64,000 bases of DNA from an uncultured Acidobacteriota bacterium. Its GTDB lineage: Bacteria; Acidobacteriota; Vicinamibacteria; Vicinamibacterales; CAVPJW01. Both the position numbers and the translations under genes were made by a program. Positions 8,870-19,392 of this stretch are shown here, piece by piece. Position 1 is the first letter of the stretch, and each line of letters opens with the position of its first letter. The notes under the pieces are model-generated. The model worked only from the letters and a program-made list of their open reading frames with translations, did no database searches and was not told the origin of the DNA. The stretch is from NCBI GenBank assembly GCA_963705525.1, contig CAVPJW010000004.1, positions 448,789-512,788 of the forward strand. Direction: 5' to 3'.

Positions 8870-10407
8870 CTGCCGGCGAGGACCGGTGGCGGGTTGAGCG
8901 CCTTCAAGCGCAGGACGCTGCGATCGAGATCGATGCCGACGCGGTACTTGCTCAGGAACCCGTGTCCGACGATTCCGCCCAGCTGAAAGCCGAGCAGAAC
9001 ACTGGGCGTCCGCAGGTTGAGCACGACCACGGGCAGGTTGCGGAACACGATCTCTTCGAATGCGAGATTGACGCCCGGCATCAGGAAGGCGTCTCGATCC
9101 CAGCCCGACGCGCCGAACACCTTGAGCGGGATCCTGCGCTGCGTCCCGTCCCGGTGAAGCGCCGTGGCGGTGTCCATGCTGATGGAAATGACCTCGCCGC
9201 CGGTGTCCACCACGAAGTTCGCCGGAAGCGAGCCGTCAACGGTTCCTCGGACCATGGCGAGGCGATGCAGCCGCAGCGGCAGTTCGAAGTCCGCGGGCTC
9301 CTGCGCGACGCTCCGACCGATCGTCAGCAGGCGCTTGCCGTAGTCGATGGTCATCGACAGTCCGAGCGCCAGCGGTGAAAAGCTCTCCGGCTCGCGGATC
9401 GGGATTCCCTTGAGCGGCGGGTTCTTGATCAGGCACGGCACGTTGGCCAGTTTGAGCGTCCCGATTTCCAGCGTGTCGAGACGGCCGAGTTGAAGGCCCC
9501 GCAGCCCGACCTCGCCAATCCCCGCGCTCAGCGTGAAGACAATCGGCTCCACGCCAACCTTCTCGGCGGTCTTGTTGGAGATCGTCGTCTGCTCGGAGCC
9601 TGTGTCGAGCACGAACTCCAGATCGGAGCGGTCGTTCGCGCGCGCCTTGACCACCACCTTGTCCTTGATGAGCCTGAACGGAACGGTGTGGAGCATCTGC
9701 TGATTGGCGCCGATCATCTCGAACGGCTTGCGCTCGCCAAACGATCGAAGAAACCGGATCTCCGCCCGCGACCACGCCGCTTTTTCGCTGCGGTCGCGAT
9801 TGGGAAGCAGGTTGACGTAGTTGCTGAACGCAGTCGCGGCCTCGTCGAATCGGTGCATCCGTTCGTAGATGGACCCGACGGTGTAGTGGATTTCGGCGTC
9901 GCGCGGCGCCGAGCGCAGCGCGGCCTGCGCTTCGTCCAGCCCACGTTCGAGCTGGTTGCGCGCGGCGAGGGAGCGCGCCTGGCCGTGACGGGCGCGCGCC
10001 TGCTCGCCATCGACGGCGAGCGCATCGGCAAACGCGCGCTCGGCCTCTTCGAAGAGACCCGAGGCCCACAGCGAATCACCATGCAAGGCCAGCGCTTCGG
10101 CGTCACGCGGGCGCGCCTTGAGGACGGTCTCGGCTTCGGAGCGCGCACGGCCGAACTCGGCGAGGCGAAGGAGCGCCTTGACGAGCCCGATGCGGGCACG
10201 CAGGCGGTTGGCGGCATTGTCGGTCTTGACCGCGCGCTCGAGCGCGTCGAGCGCCTCGAGGTAGCGGCCTTCTTCGAGGAACGAGGAGCCGAGCTGCAGC
10301 TGGATATCGGCCGCCGCCGAATCGATATCGACCGACGCAAGGGGAACGGCCACCAGTGCGGCGGCCAGCGTCGAGACAGCGAGAAAACGTCGGGCGATCT
10401 GCCCCAT
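8866..10407 (-). CDS. Exported TPR-repeat protein with two retropepsin-like aspartic-protease halves
   Basis: Signal-like N-terminus MGQIARRFLAVSTLAAALVAVPLA, about 200 aa of TPR-like helices, then two D-T-G motifs (FVLDTGSEQTTI and FVVDTGGEVISI). Confidence 0.82.
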   Translation of the reverse strand: MGQIARRFLAVSTLAAALVAVPLASVDIDSAAADIQLQLGSSFLEEGRYLEALDALERAVKTDNAANRLRARIGLVKALLRLAEFGRARSEAETVLKARPRDAEALALHGDSLWASGLFEEAERAFADALAVDGEQARARHGQARSLAARNQLERGLDEAQAALRSAPRDAEIHYTVGSIYERMHRFDEAATAFSNYVNLLPNRDRSEKAAWSRAEIRFLRSFGERKPFEMIGANQQMLHTVPFRLIKDKVVVKARANDRSDLEFVLDTGSEQTTISNKTAEKVGVEPIVFTLSAGIGEVGLRGLQLGRLDTLEIGTLKLANVPCLIKNPPLKGIPIREPESFSPLALGLSMTIDYGKRLLTIGRSVAQEPADFELPLRLHRLAMVRGTVDGSLPANFVVDTGGEVISISMDTATALHRDGTQRRIPLKVFGASGWDRDAFLMPGVNLAFEEIVFRNLPVVVLNLRTPSVLLGFQLGGIVGHGFLSKYRVGIDLDRSVLRLKALNPPPVLAGS

Positions 10408-10479
10408 CCGCCCTCCGCGATGCTGCGAACGGCCCAACGCGCAATCGCGCGCGTCATGGCCAGAATGCGACTCCGGATC

Positions 10480-10941
10480 TCAGTGCGTGTACTGCTCGAT
10501 CGGCACGCCGTCGTACATCTCGTCCACGCGAAGAATCTGCGTATCGCGGCTGTAGCTGCCCAGCTCGTAGTCTTCGCTCATGATGAGCGCCTTGACCGGC
10601 TTGGTGGGACAGACTTCCGAGCACAGCCCACAGAAGCTGCACCGCGACAGGTTGAAATCGAAGTAGTCGAGCACCTTGATCTTCTGACCCGGTTCCCGGT
10701 GTCCGCCGAGCGCGATGAGATCGTCAGGACAGGCCTTCGCGCACTGGTCGCACACGATGCAGGTCTGCGCGCCGGTTTCGGGCTCGACCTGCAAACGGAG
10801 CACGCCGCGGAAGCGAGGCGCCACGGGACGACGTTCGGCGGGGTACTGGAAGGTGAACGCCGGCTGCGGCGTGTACCGCAGGGTCACCCACAGGCCCTTC
10901 AGCAGATCGACGAGGAAGATTCGGCGAAGGAAGGCGATCAC
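10480..10941 (-). CDS. nuoI: NADH-quinone oxidoreductase subunit I-like 2x[4Fe-4S] protein
   Basis: Two CxxCxxCxxxCP motifs ([24 protein letters not shown]) and NuoI-like N-terminus [10 protein letters not shown]...YPAE...RFRG. Confidence 0.88.
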   Translation of the reverse strand: MIAFLRRIFLVDLLKGLWVTLRYTPQPAFTFQYPAERRPVAPRFRGVLRLQVEPETGAQTCIVCDQCAKACPDDLIALGGHREPGQKIKVLDYFDFNLSRCSFCGLCSEVCPTKPVKALIMSEDYELGSYSRDTQILRVDEMYDGVPIEQYTH

Positions 10942-11474
10942 CCGCGCGCCTCCGTCAGCACCGGTTCGGACTCGCCGACCTTGATGACGCGCTCGCGCCG
11001 CAGGACGGTGTTCTCCTTGCGAATCTTGTCCTGGAGACGCATCAACCCGTAGAGGAGCGCTTCAGGACGAGGCGGGCACCCGGATACGTAGACGTCCACC
11101 GGGACGATCTTGTCGACCCCCTGCAGCACGCTGTACGTCGGAAACGGCCCGCCCGCATTCGAGCAGCTGCCCATCGAGATCACCCACTTGGGCTCCGGCA
11201 TCTGATCGTAGAGGCGCCTGAGGACGGGGGCCATCTTCTTGGTCACGGTGCCCGCCACGATGAGGAGGTCGGCTTGTCGTGGAGACGCGCGAAAGACTTC
11301 GGCACCGAACCGCGCGATGTCGAACCGCGAGGCCGACGCAGCCATCATCTCGATCGCACAGCAGGCCAGGCCAAACCCCATGGGCCAGAGCGACGACTGG
11401 CGCGCCCAGTTGAGGATCTTATCCACATTGGTGGTGATGAAATTGTCTTCGAAACGATGTTCGATCAGGCCCAT
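10938..11474 (-). CDS. nuoB: NADH-quinone oxidoreductase subunit B
   Basis: [31 protein letters not shown] and [14 protein letters not shown] (N2 cluster ligands). ATGA overlap with nuoI. Confidence 0.92.
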   Translation of the reverse strand: MGLIEHRFEDNFITTNVDKILNWARQSSLWPMGFGLACCAIEMMAASASRFDIARFGAEVFRASPRQADLLIVAGTVTKKMAPVLRRLYDQMPEPKWVISMGSCSNAGGPFPTYSVLQGVDKIVPVDVYVSGCPPRPEALLYGLMRLQDKIRKENTVLRRERVIKVGESEPVLTEARG

Positions 11475-11532
11475 TTATTGACTCGTGTCGGTCGCAGGGT
11501 CGGCTAATTGCTAGTTGCTCATCGCTGACCCG

Positions 11533-11793
11533 CTACCTCTGATAATACCCCGCATTGATGCCGATGTAACCTGCCCATTTATCAGGGGTTTCGTCCAGCG
11601 TGAAGATGGCTTCGACCGGGCAGGCGGGCACGCAGGCGCCGCAATCAATGCACTCGTCGGGGTGGATATAGAGCATTTCCGCAGTCGCGAACTCGGGTTC
11701 GTCTTTCCGCGGATGGATGCAGTCCACGGGACACACATCCACACACGCCGTATCTTTGGTCCCCACGCAGGGTTCGCAGATGATGTACGCCAA
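11533..11793 (-). CDS. Ferredoxin (FdxA-like)
   Basis: MAYIICEPCVGTKDTACVDVCPVDCIH plus CIDCGACVPACPVEAI, the ferredoxin cysteine pattern. Confidence 0.9.
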   Translation of the reverse strand: MAYIICEPCVGTKDTACVDVCPVDCIHPRKDEPEFATAEMLYIHPDECIDCGACVPACPVEAIFTLDETPDKWAGYIGINAGYYQR

Positions 11794-11843
11794 CGGCCAC
11801 GCCTCGCTTCCCCTCGCACTCTAAGGCCCGGCTGTAAAGCCTG

Positions 11844-12314
11844 TCAAGGCACGACCGATCCCGTAACTCCTTGAAGACGTGAGACGTCTGTCACGATCAC
11901 GAGCGTGCCTGATCGAAGACGCTGGTACACCGCATCCGGAAACGGCGAGACCAGCGTGACGCTCCCCCACACGCGCCCCTGGCGGACCAGCGGCCCGCGC
12001 GCCATGCGCGGGAACGTCCCGCCGTACAGGCGCGCCACGCGCGACCGATCCCAACGCGGCACCGATCCGAATGCCTCGAGCAGCTCGGCGGGCCGAATCG
12101 TCCACGCGCCAGCGGGCGGCGGCGGCTCAGAGGCTCGACTGAGTCGCGCGGCGACGTCTTCGATGCGCGCGTCGGCAACGTAGGCGCGGTACGCGTCCGA
12201 CGGCGCATGGAGCGGCGTGAACACGCGGGTCAAGGACGGATCGAATCGTCCGAACAGCGACTCGTCGAATGGCGACGTCGCCAGCGCCAGCACCATCACT
12301 ATCCAGAAACGCAT
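11844..12314 (-). CDS. Hypothetical exported protein
   Basis: 156-aa ORF with hydrophobic N-terminus MRFWIVMVLALATSP and coding-like codon bias. No family recognised. Confidence 0.5.
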   Translation of the reverse strand: MRFWIVMVLALATSPFDESLFGRFDPSLTRVFTPLHAPSDAYRAYVADARIEDVAARLSRASEPPPPAGAWTIRPAELLEAFGSVPRWDRSRVARLYGGTFPRMARGPLVRQGRVWGSVTLVSPFPDAVYQRLRSGTLVIVTDVSRLQGVTGSVVP

Positions 12315-12326
12315 GAGACGACTGCC

Positions 12327-14272
12327 TCACCGGTTGCCCTGCGGCGCCGATTGAGATTGCGAAGGCTTCAGATATTCGTCGAACCAGGCCATCATGCGGC
12401 GCAGCAGGTCCAGAATGTGCGCCCGTTCCTCGAAGCCGTGGGGCTCGCGCGGATAGATGACGAGATCACTTCGCACGCCGTACCGCTTGAGGGCCCGGTA
12501 GAACGCCTGGCTCTGACCGAGGGGATCGACCGGGTCTTTCTCGCCGTGCAGAAGGAGGGTCGGCGTCCTGGCACGGCTGACGTAAGTCAGCGGCGAGCTC
12601 TTCGCAAAACCCTCGGGCCGCTCGTAGGGCAGGCCGTAGAACCATTCGTCGTACGCCGGATCCTGCTCGGTGCCGTATTCGGTGGCGAGATCCGACATCC
12701 CTGCTCCAGCAACCGCAGCGCGAAACCGGTTGGTTTGTGTCACCGCCCACGCCGCCATGTAGCCGCCGTACGACCAGCCGCCGATCCCCACGCGATCGCC
12801 ATCCACGACACCGGCCTTGACGAGATGGTCAACGCCGGCCATCACGTCCTTGAAATCGTCGCCTCCCCAGTCGCCCCGATTCATTTCGAGAAATGCCTGG
12901 CCGTACCCGCTCGAACCTCGGATGTTCGGCGACAGCACGACGTACCCGCGAGCGGCAAGAAGCTGTCCCCACGACTGAAAACTGTCCGACCAGCGGCCGG
13001 TCGGGCCACCGTGCACCAGGACGACGAGCGGCGGCCGGGCCACGGCGGCGCCCGACGCGGGTTTGAGCAGCATGGCTTCAATCTCCACTCCGCCCGCGCT
13101 CCGGTACTTGATGATCTCCGGCGCCGCAACGCCTGCGGGCTGCCACGCCGCATTGATGCTCGAGGCCTTTGCGACTGAGCCGTCGGTGCCGCGCAAGTAC
13201 ACCTCCGGCGCCCGCGTCGTCGTTTCTCCTACGAAAGCGATCGTTCCTTTGGACGACACCGCGACGGCCGACGGCATCACGTCGAGATCCGAGAGCCGCT
13301 CGACGCTCCCGTCGATCCGCACAACCCACTGCCGGGCCGTGAATCCGTCTTCGACGACGGCAAGGAGGGCTCCGTCGGATCGCCACGCGTAGGAGGTCAC
13401 AGGGCGATCGATCCGATTGCCGGTCAGGTTGGTGGCCGCACCCCCGCTGATCGGCTGGATGTAGAGGTCATGCGGTGAAGGTCCGTCCACTCTCGCACCG
13501 AGAAACGCGACGGTTCGGCCGTCCGGGGAAACGCTCGCATCTCCAATCGGACCCTTCGAGGTGCCAATCCATTTGGTGTCGCCTGTCTGAACATCGATGC
13601 TCGCCAGACGATCGGTGAACTGGTCCGATCCCGGCTTGTCGTTGACGATCGCCAGAAGTGGCCCGCCATTTGGCGGCCACTCGATCTCCGAGATCGCGCC
13701 ACCTCCTGAAGTGACCTGTCTCACGGCGCGCGTCTGCAGATTCACTGCCCAGACTTGCGGATGCGGATCATCGCGATCAACCACTCGCTCGTCGTCTTTT
13801 GCCTTCTCGAGCGCCTCGCGCTCCGGTGTCGGCGGAACCGCGGCAAGAAAGGCGATCGTCTGCCCGTCCGGCGCCCACGCGAAAGCCTGCACTGCGGACT
13901 TGGAACTGGTGAGCGCAACCGGCTCTCCGCCGGCGAGCGGCAAGAGATAGATCTGCGCGCGATCCACTCGGTCCGACAGGAACGCGAGCGTCTGACCGTC
14001 AGGCGACCAGCGGGCCGAACGATCCGACTTCTCGGAAGTGGTCACTCGCCGCGCCTTTCCGTCTTCGCAACGTCCAGTACCCAGACGTCTCGATCACGAC
14101 CCTGGGCTTCAGGTGGACCGGCCACCGTCATGGCGAGCTGTGATCCGTCGGGTGAGAAACGGAGGTCGGCGATCGACCGGCGGTCGATCGCCTGCTCAGG
14201 TGTGAGCTGAGCGGCCGCAATCCCACCGTTCGCGATCCACAACAGACCCGCCAGAACCATGTGTCGTCTCAT
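12327..14272 (-). pseudogene. S9 family serine peptidase (PD40 propeller + alpha/beta hydrolase), reading frame broken once near 14042-14047
   Basis: The 76-aa ORF (signal peptide + first blade LRFSPDGSQLA) and the 572-aa ORF (WSPDGQTLAF..., GGWSYGGYMAAW nucleophile elbow) abut as GGCGAGTGACCACT. They read as one protein if a single base is restored. Confidence 0.8.
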
Positions 14273-14342
14273 GTTTCGCTCCCGGACGGTTCATCACAGG
14301 TACTCGACAACTAGCCCGGTTGAAAGGCTCCGGTCATCGTGA

Positions 14343-15653
14343 TTGAATGAGGCCTCTGACACGCGCCACCGTTCGATGGAGGATCCGATGCCGAGCCGTT
14401 TTCTGCGCCCCGCCGCCGCCACGCTCATCGTCATGTCGGGCTTGTGGTGGCTGTCACACACCGTGCGGGGGCAGAGCGACCCGCTCGATCGTGCCAGGGC
14501 CCTCACCCGCCAGTCGCCGCTCATCGACACGCACAACGACTATCCATGGACCTTGCGGGACAAAGGGGCACGCAACTTTGCCAACCTGGACATTCGGCAA
14601 TCGCAGCCGACGATCATGACCGACATCCCGCGCCTCAGAACGGGCGGTGTCGGCGGGCAGTTCTGGTCTGTGTACGTCCCGGCGAGCCTTCAGGGGCAAA
14701 CGGCCGTGACGGCCACGCTCGAACAGATCGACATCGTCCATCGAATGGTACGGAGGTATCCGGACGTCTTCGAGCTGGCGTCCACGGCAGACGACGTCGA
14801 GAGGATCTTCAAGGCCGGACGGATTGCTTCGCTCATGGGCATGGAGGGCGGACACTCGATCGATTCATCGCTCGGCGCCCTTCGCATGTTCTACCAGCTT
14901 GGTGCGCGCTACATGACGCTGACACACGGGCGCAACGTCCCCTGGGCCGATTCCGCAACGGACAAGCCTGAGCACGGCGGCCTCACCCCATTCGGCGAAA
15001 CTATCGTCGGCGAGATGAACTGGCTCGGCATGCTGGTCGACCTGAGCCACGTCTCGCCCGAGACGATGGAGGACGCGATTCGCGTGTCGACAGCTCCGAT
15101 CATCTTCTCGCATTCATCCGCACGCGCGATCTGCGATCATCCGAGGAATGTTCCTGACAACATCCTGAGCATGCTGCCGAAGAACGGCGGCGTGGTGCAG
15201 GTGACCTTCGTCCCCGATTTCATCTCTGGCGAGGTCGCCGCCCATTCGAAGATGCAGGACGCAGAGGAAGCGCGGCTCAAGACCGAGAACCCCGACAACG
15301 AGGCCGCTCGCAAGGCTGGCTTGGACGCCTGGAAGGCGGCACATCCTGCGCCGCCCGCCACGCTCGCCCAGGTCGCCGATCATATCGATCACATTCGCAA
15401 GGTCGCCGGCATCGATCACATCGGCTTCGGCGGCGACTTCGATGGCATCACGACGGTCGTGCAGGGCCTCGAGGACGTGTCGACGTACCCCAAGCTGACG
15501 GCCGAGCTGCTGCGCCGCGGGTACACCGACGAGGACGTCAAGAAGGTCATGGGGATGAACCTGCTGCGAGTGATGCGTGCCGCCGAGAAGGACGCGTCGC
15601 GGCTCCAGAAGGAGCGTCCCGCGTCTGCCGCCGTGATGACGTCCAGCAACTGA
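14343..15653 (+). CDS. Membrane dipeptidase (peptidase family M19)
   Basis: LIDTHNDYPW..., MGMEGGH, TLTHGRN, VDLSHVS and IFSHSSA blocks. The true start may be MEDPM or MPSRF, 33-45 nt downstream of 14343. Confidence 0.9.
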   Translation: MNEASDTRHRSMEDPMPSRFLRPAAATLIVMSGLWWLSHTVRGQSDPLDRARALTRQSPLIDTHNDYPWTLRDKGARNFANLDIRQSQPTIMTDIPRLRTGGVGGQFWSVYVPASLQGQTAVTATLEQIDIVHRMVRRYPDVFELASTADDVERIFKAGRIASLMGMEGGHSIDSSLGALRMFYQLGARYMTLTHGRNVPWADSATDKPEHGGLTPFGETIVGEMNWLGMLVDLSHVSPETMEDAIRVSTAPIIFSHSSARAICDHPRNVPDNILSMLPKNGGVVQVTFVPDFISGEVAAHSKMQDAEEARLKTENPDNEAARKAGLDAWKAAHPAPPATLAQVADHIDHIRKVAGIDHIGFGGDFDGITTVVQGLEDVSTYPKLTAELLRRGYTDEDVKKVMGMNLLRVMRAAEKDASRLQKERPASAAVMTSSN

Positions 15654-15656
15654 CGG

Positions 15657-18003
15657 TTAGAACGCCACCTGAAATCCCAGACGCACCGTCCGGGGGATCG
15701 TGGGATGCGTGTGAATGTCGTCCACGCCCTCGAGTGGTTCACCCTGCAGGCGTGACGCATAGAAGTAGTCGATGTCGCTGTCTTTGGCGTCGAACAGGTT
15801 GAAGATGTCGAGCGCCACGCGCACGCGGTCGGAAATGGCGTAGCCGATCTGGCCGTTCACAAGACTGGTGGCATCCGAGCGAACGCTGTTGTCCTCGATG
15901 AGCGGACGCGGGCCAAAATAGCGGAGCCGAACACTGCCGAATACCCGGTGCTGTTGATCGATCGACATGCCCGCCGAGACGACAGTGTCCACGGCGCCCG
16001 AAATGCGATCGCCGGCCGGGTCGTCGTCCGTGAAGCGGGCGTTCGACCATGCCGCATCAAGATCGAACGTCAGCCACGGCTTCAGACTCACGTAGTTGGT
16101 CCACTCGACACCCTTGCGACGGCTTGGCCTGCTCGCTTCGGTCGTGCCCGCGTCACCGACAAAGAGCAGCTCTGACTCGATGCCCAGGCCCCAGATGGCC
16201 ACGGTGCTCTGAACGTGGGGAATCGCGACTGTCCGGACGCCGATTTCCGCTCCGCGCGCCCGCGCGAGCGGCGTCACACGCTGGACCGGCTCGCCCGTTG
16301 TCGGATCCACGGTGATCGTGGCGCCGCGCGCATCGTTGCTGTGAAATCCGTATCCGCCGTTGACATAGACCTCCGTCTTTCGCCATGGACCAAACGCGAC
16401 GCCAAACTTCGGACTGACTAAACCCGCAGTGTCTTTGCCCGAGTTCAAGGCGTTGTCATTGTCAACCTTGAACCGATAGATGTCTCCCCGCAGGCCCACC
16501 TGCGTGCGCACTTTGGTCGACAACTCGATTTCGTTCTGCGCGTAGAACGCCACCGAGGTCTGCAGCACCGAATCCTCGCGGACGGTGGACAGGCGTCGGC
16601 GCGCGCTGGTCTTGTAAAGCCCGACATTCGAGATATCGTCGTTCCGGAGCTGCACACCAAACAGGTTTTCGACGCGACGTCCGGCCCATCGAGTTTGACG
16701 ACGATGTGACGCGCGGAAGCCGGCGACGAAACGCTTGTCGGCCTGTTCGAACTGGTCGCCGTCGACCGGGTTGTCGAGGAAGTACGTGAAGTTCGAAAAG
16801 AGGTTCAACTTGTAGGCGAGGCCGTATGCCGTCAGATGGGACACGCTGTTGGCCTGAGCACGCTGGTAGTCCGCGGAGACGCTGTAGCGGTAGGTGCTCC
16901 CGCCATCGCTGTTGTCGATGAAACCAAATCGGGAAATGACGGCGGACTGGATGGCGCGATCGGGCACCTGATCGGTTGAATTCCAGGTCCCGTGTACCCA
17001 TCCCGGTTACCGAAAAAGCGTTCCGCGAGTCCCCACGGCTGTAGCCGAGGACCGCATTCACCTTCTCGTAGTCGTCCGGGAGCTCCCACGGACCGTCGTT
17101 GTGATTGAGCTCGAGCGCATAGAGCAAGTGTCCCGACCCGACGGACGGTGAACCGGCCCCGAGAAACCTTCCCCAGCCTTCCCCGCCAAAGCTGGCGCGG
17201 ACGATATTCCCATCGAGCACGTTCGCGTAGTTGATGTTGGCCGATCCTGCCGCCGAGAAGTCGCCCTGCTCGGCGAAGTACGGACCCTTGTTGTACTGCA
17301 CGCCGCTCACGAGCTCGGGTATCAGGAAGTTGGCATCAGCATAGCCGTGGCCGTGCGCATGTGTGGGCATGTTGACCGGCACGCCTGCCACGAATGTCGA
17401 GAAGTCGGTGCCGTGGTCGAGATTGAACCCTCGCAGGTAGTACTGGTTCGCTTTCCCCTCGCCGCTGTGCTGGCTGATGATCATCCCTGGGACCGTCTCC
17501 AGCACTTCGCCGGCCCTCATGATCGGACGCGTGTCGAACTGCCTGGCGGTCACCGCACCTTCGCTCGCCGCGTTGGCCAGGCCGACCAGGTTCTCTTCCG
17601 GGTTTGGCAGTTCGGCGAGGTTCCTGAATGTCAGCTTCCCCGTCACCGTGACATCCGCGTGGAGCGCCAGGTGCAGGACGGCGTCCGCCGTGACGTTTTG
17701 ATCGGCCAGCGTGATGCCGCGCCGTGCACCAGCAAAGTTGATCAGATCGAATGTCAGCTCGTATTGACCGGGCTTCAGCGCCTGGAACGCATAGGCGCCC
17801 GCCTCGTTGGTGGTGGCGCTCACGCGAGATCCCGCGACCTTGTCCAATAACTCGACCATCACGCCCGGTAGTACGCCGCCCGTTTCGTCGGTCACCCGAC
17901 CGGCCAGACGCGCGCCCTGAGCGAGTGCACCTGAACACAGACCAAGGCACACGACCGTGGCGAACGCCGCAACCGCCGCAGTGCGATTCAAGGGACGGGG
18001 CAT
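15657..18003 (-). pseudogene. TonB-dependent receptor with N-terminal carboxypeptidase-regulatory-like domain, frame broken once near 16980-16990
   Basis: The 513-aa ORF carries the signal peptide, the CarbopepD_reg-like domain (GRVTDETGGVLPGVMVEL) and the plug. The 436-aa ORF carries the barrel ending ...VRLGFQVAF. The junction reads ...AFSVTGMGT / GTWNSTDQVPDRAIQ in two frames. Confidence 0.85.
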
Positions 18004-18297
18004 GTTCTCCGGTTGTTCAATCTACGGACAATCGGCAGTGTCGGATTGAATCCGCCACTTTAGGTTATCGAGGCGATGTCAGGAAATGTGACGGGCCGCC
18101 GGCTGGCGTGACCAGCGGGCAACGCCCGGTGATCGGAACGCGGATTCTGTGATGAACTCTTTCAGAATCAATCACTTCGACATGAAAATGTCACAACTTT
18201 CCACGTCGTCGTTACGTCCAATCCTCCAGTTAGCCGAACCAGCGCTGCAGCGTGGGCGGATCGAGTCAACCACTCGAGATGAGTCGCGGAGGTCGCG

Positions 18298-18858
18298 ATG
18301 CGCCGCTCTGTCTGTGCCTTGGTATCGATCGTCGCCACGCTCGTCCTGCCATCTGCAAGTGAAGCTACGGAACGCTGTCTCGGACTGAGTCATGTGCGCG
18401 CGGTCGATCGATCGAGCGCACGGCTTGTCGAGGAGGGCTACAAGCGGTCACCGACCCTGCAGCGACTGCTTCACGCGCTCGAATCGAACAAGATCATCGT
18501 CTACATCGAGCAGCGGCCGCTGAAGGCGCAGGGCGTCGGCGGATTCCTGGCTCTCGTCGAAAACCCGGCGCTGCCCTTCGTCAGGATCGTGCTCGATCGG
18601 CAGATGGCGTCCGACCCGCTCCTAGGACTCCTCGGCCATGAACTGCAGCACGCGCTGGAAATCGCGCAAGGGAATGTGAAGACCAGCCGCGAGCTCGAGC
18701 GCCTGTACGACGCGATCGGCTCGGACGGGGTCGTGAAGCATTCGTACGACTCACTGGCCGCCCGGCGGATGGGCGAAGCCGTAATGCGTGATCTGCTCAA
18801 CCATGCGGACCTTGCGAGAGCCGCCGGAGATCCGGAACCCGCGCGCACCCGTAGCTGA
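18298..18858 (+). CDS. Hypothetical exported protein with HExxH motif
   Basis: Signal peptide MRRSVCALVSIVATLVLPSASEA. Single HELQH motif (GLLGHELQHALE). No family recognised. Confidence 0.6.
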   Translation: MRRSVCALVSIVATLVLPSASEATERCLGLSHVRAVDRSSARLVEEGYKRSPTLQRLLHALESNKIIVYIEQRPLKAQGVGGFLALVENPALPFVRIVLDRQMASDPLLGLLGHELQHALEIAQGNVKTSRELERLYDAIGSDGVVKHSYDSLAARRMGEAVMRDLLNHADLARAAGDPEPARTRS

Positions 18859-18906
18859 TAGCATGATGGCAGCAGACGATGGCTGCCATCGAAAGGAGCG
18901 ACGGCG

Positions 18907-19350
18907 ATGCGCAGGCTGGTGTCCTCGGTAGTAGTGTCGGTCGCGGTGATGGCCGGAACGGGCCTGGTTGCCCAGACAAAGTCTCTTTACGACCGGCTGG
19001 GTGGCAAGGAGGCCATCACGGCCGTGGTCGATGAGTTCGTCGGGCGCGTCGCCGCCGACAAGCGCATCAACGCATTCTTCGCGGCGACAGCCGCCGATCC
19101 GAAGCGCCTGGCGGCCTTCAAAGGCAAGCTCATCGATCAGATCTGTGAGGCGGCCGGCGGCCCATGCAGGTACACGGGCAAAGACATGAAGACGGCCCAC
19201 CAGGGCATGGGCATCAACAGCGCCGAGTTCGATGCGCTGGTGGAAGACCTCGTCGGCGCGCTCAACAAGTTCAAGGTCGGCGCCGACGAGCAGAAGGGAT
19301 TGCTCGGGGTGCTCGGTCCGATGAAGAGCGATATTGTGGAAAGAAAGTGA
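18907..19350 (+). CDS. Group I truncated hemoglobin (trHbN) with N-terminal export-type signal
   Basis: SLYDRLGG...AITAVVDEFVGRVAAD..INAFF...YTGKDMKTAHQGMGI matches the trHbN pattern. It is preceded by MRRLVSSVVVSVAVMAGTGLVAQT. Confidence 0.87.
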   Translation: MRRLVSSVVVSVAVMAGTGLVAQTKSLYDRLGGKEAITAVVDEFVGRVAADKRINAFFAATAADPKRLAAFKGKLIDQICEAAGGPCRYTGKDMKTAHQGMGINSAEFDALVEDLVGALNKFKVGADEQKGLLGVLGPMKSDIVERK

Positions 19351-19392
19351 CTCTTGATAAACTCTTCGACTCTTAAACGGACAGACTCGCAG

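Noticed and set aside
18149-18388. 79-aa ORF in the lower-GC spacer upstream of the TonB-dependent receptor
   Set aside because: Ser/Arg-rich translation with poor codon bias, and it overlaps the better-supported start of the 186-aa exported protein. The region is more likely promoter DNA for the divergent genes.
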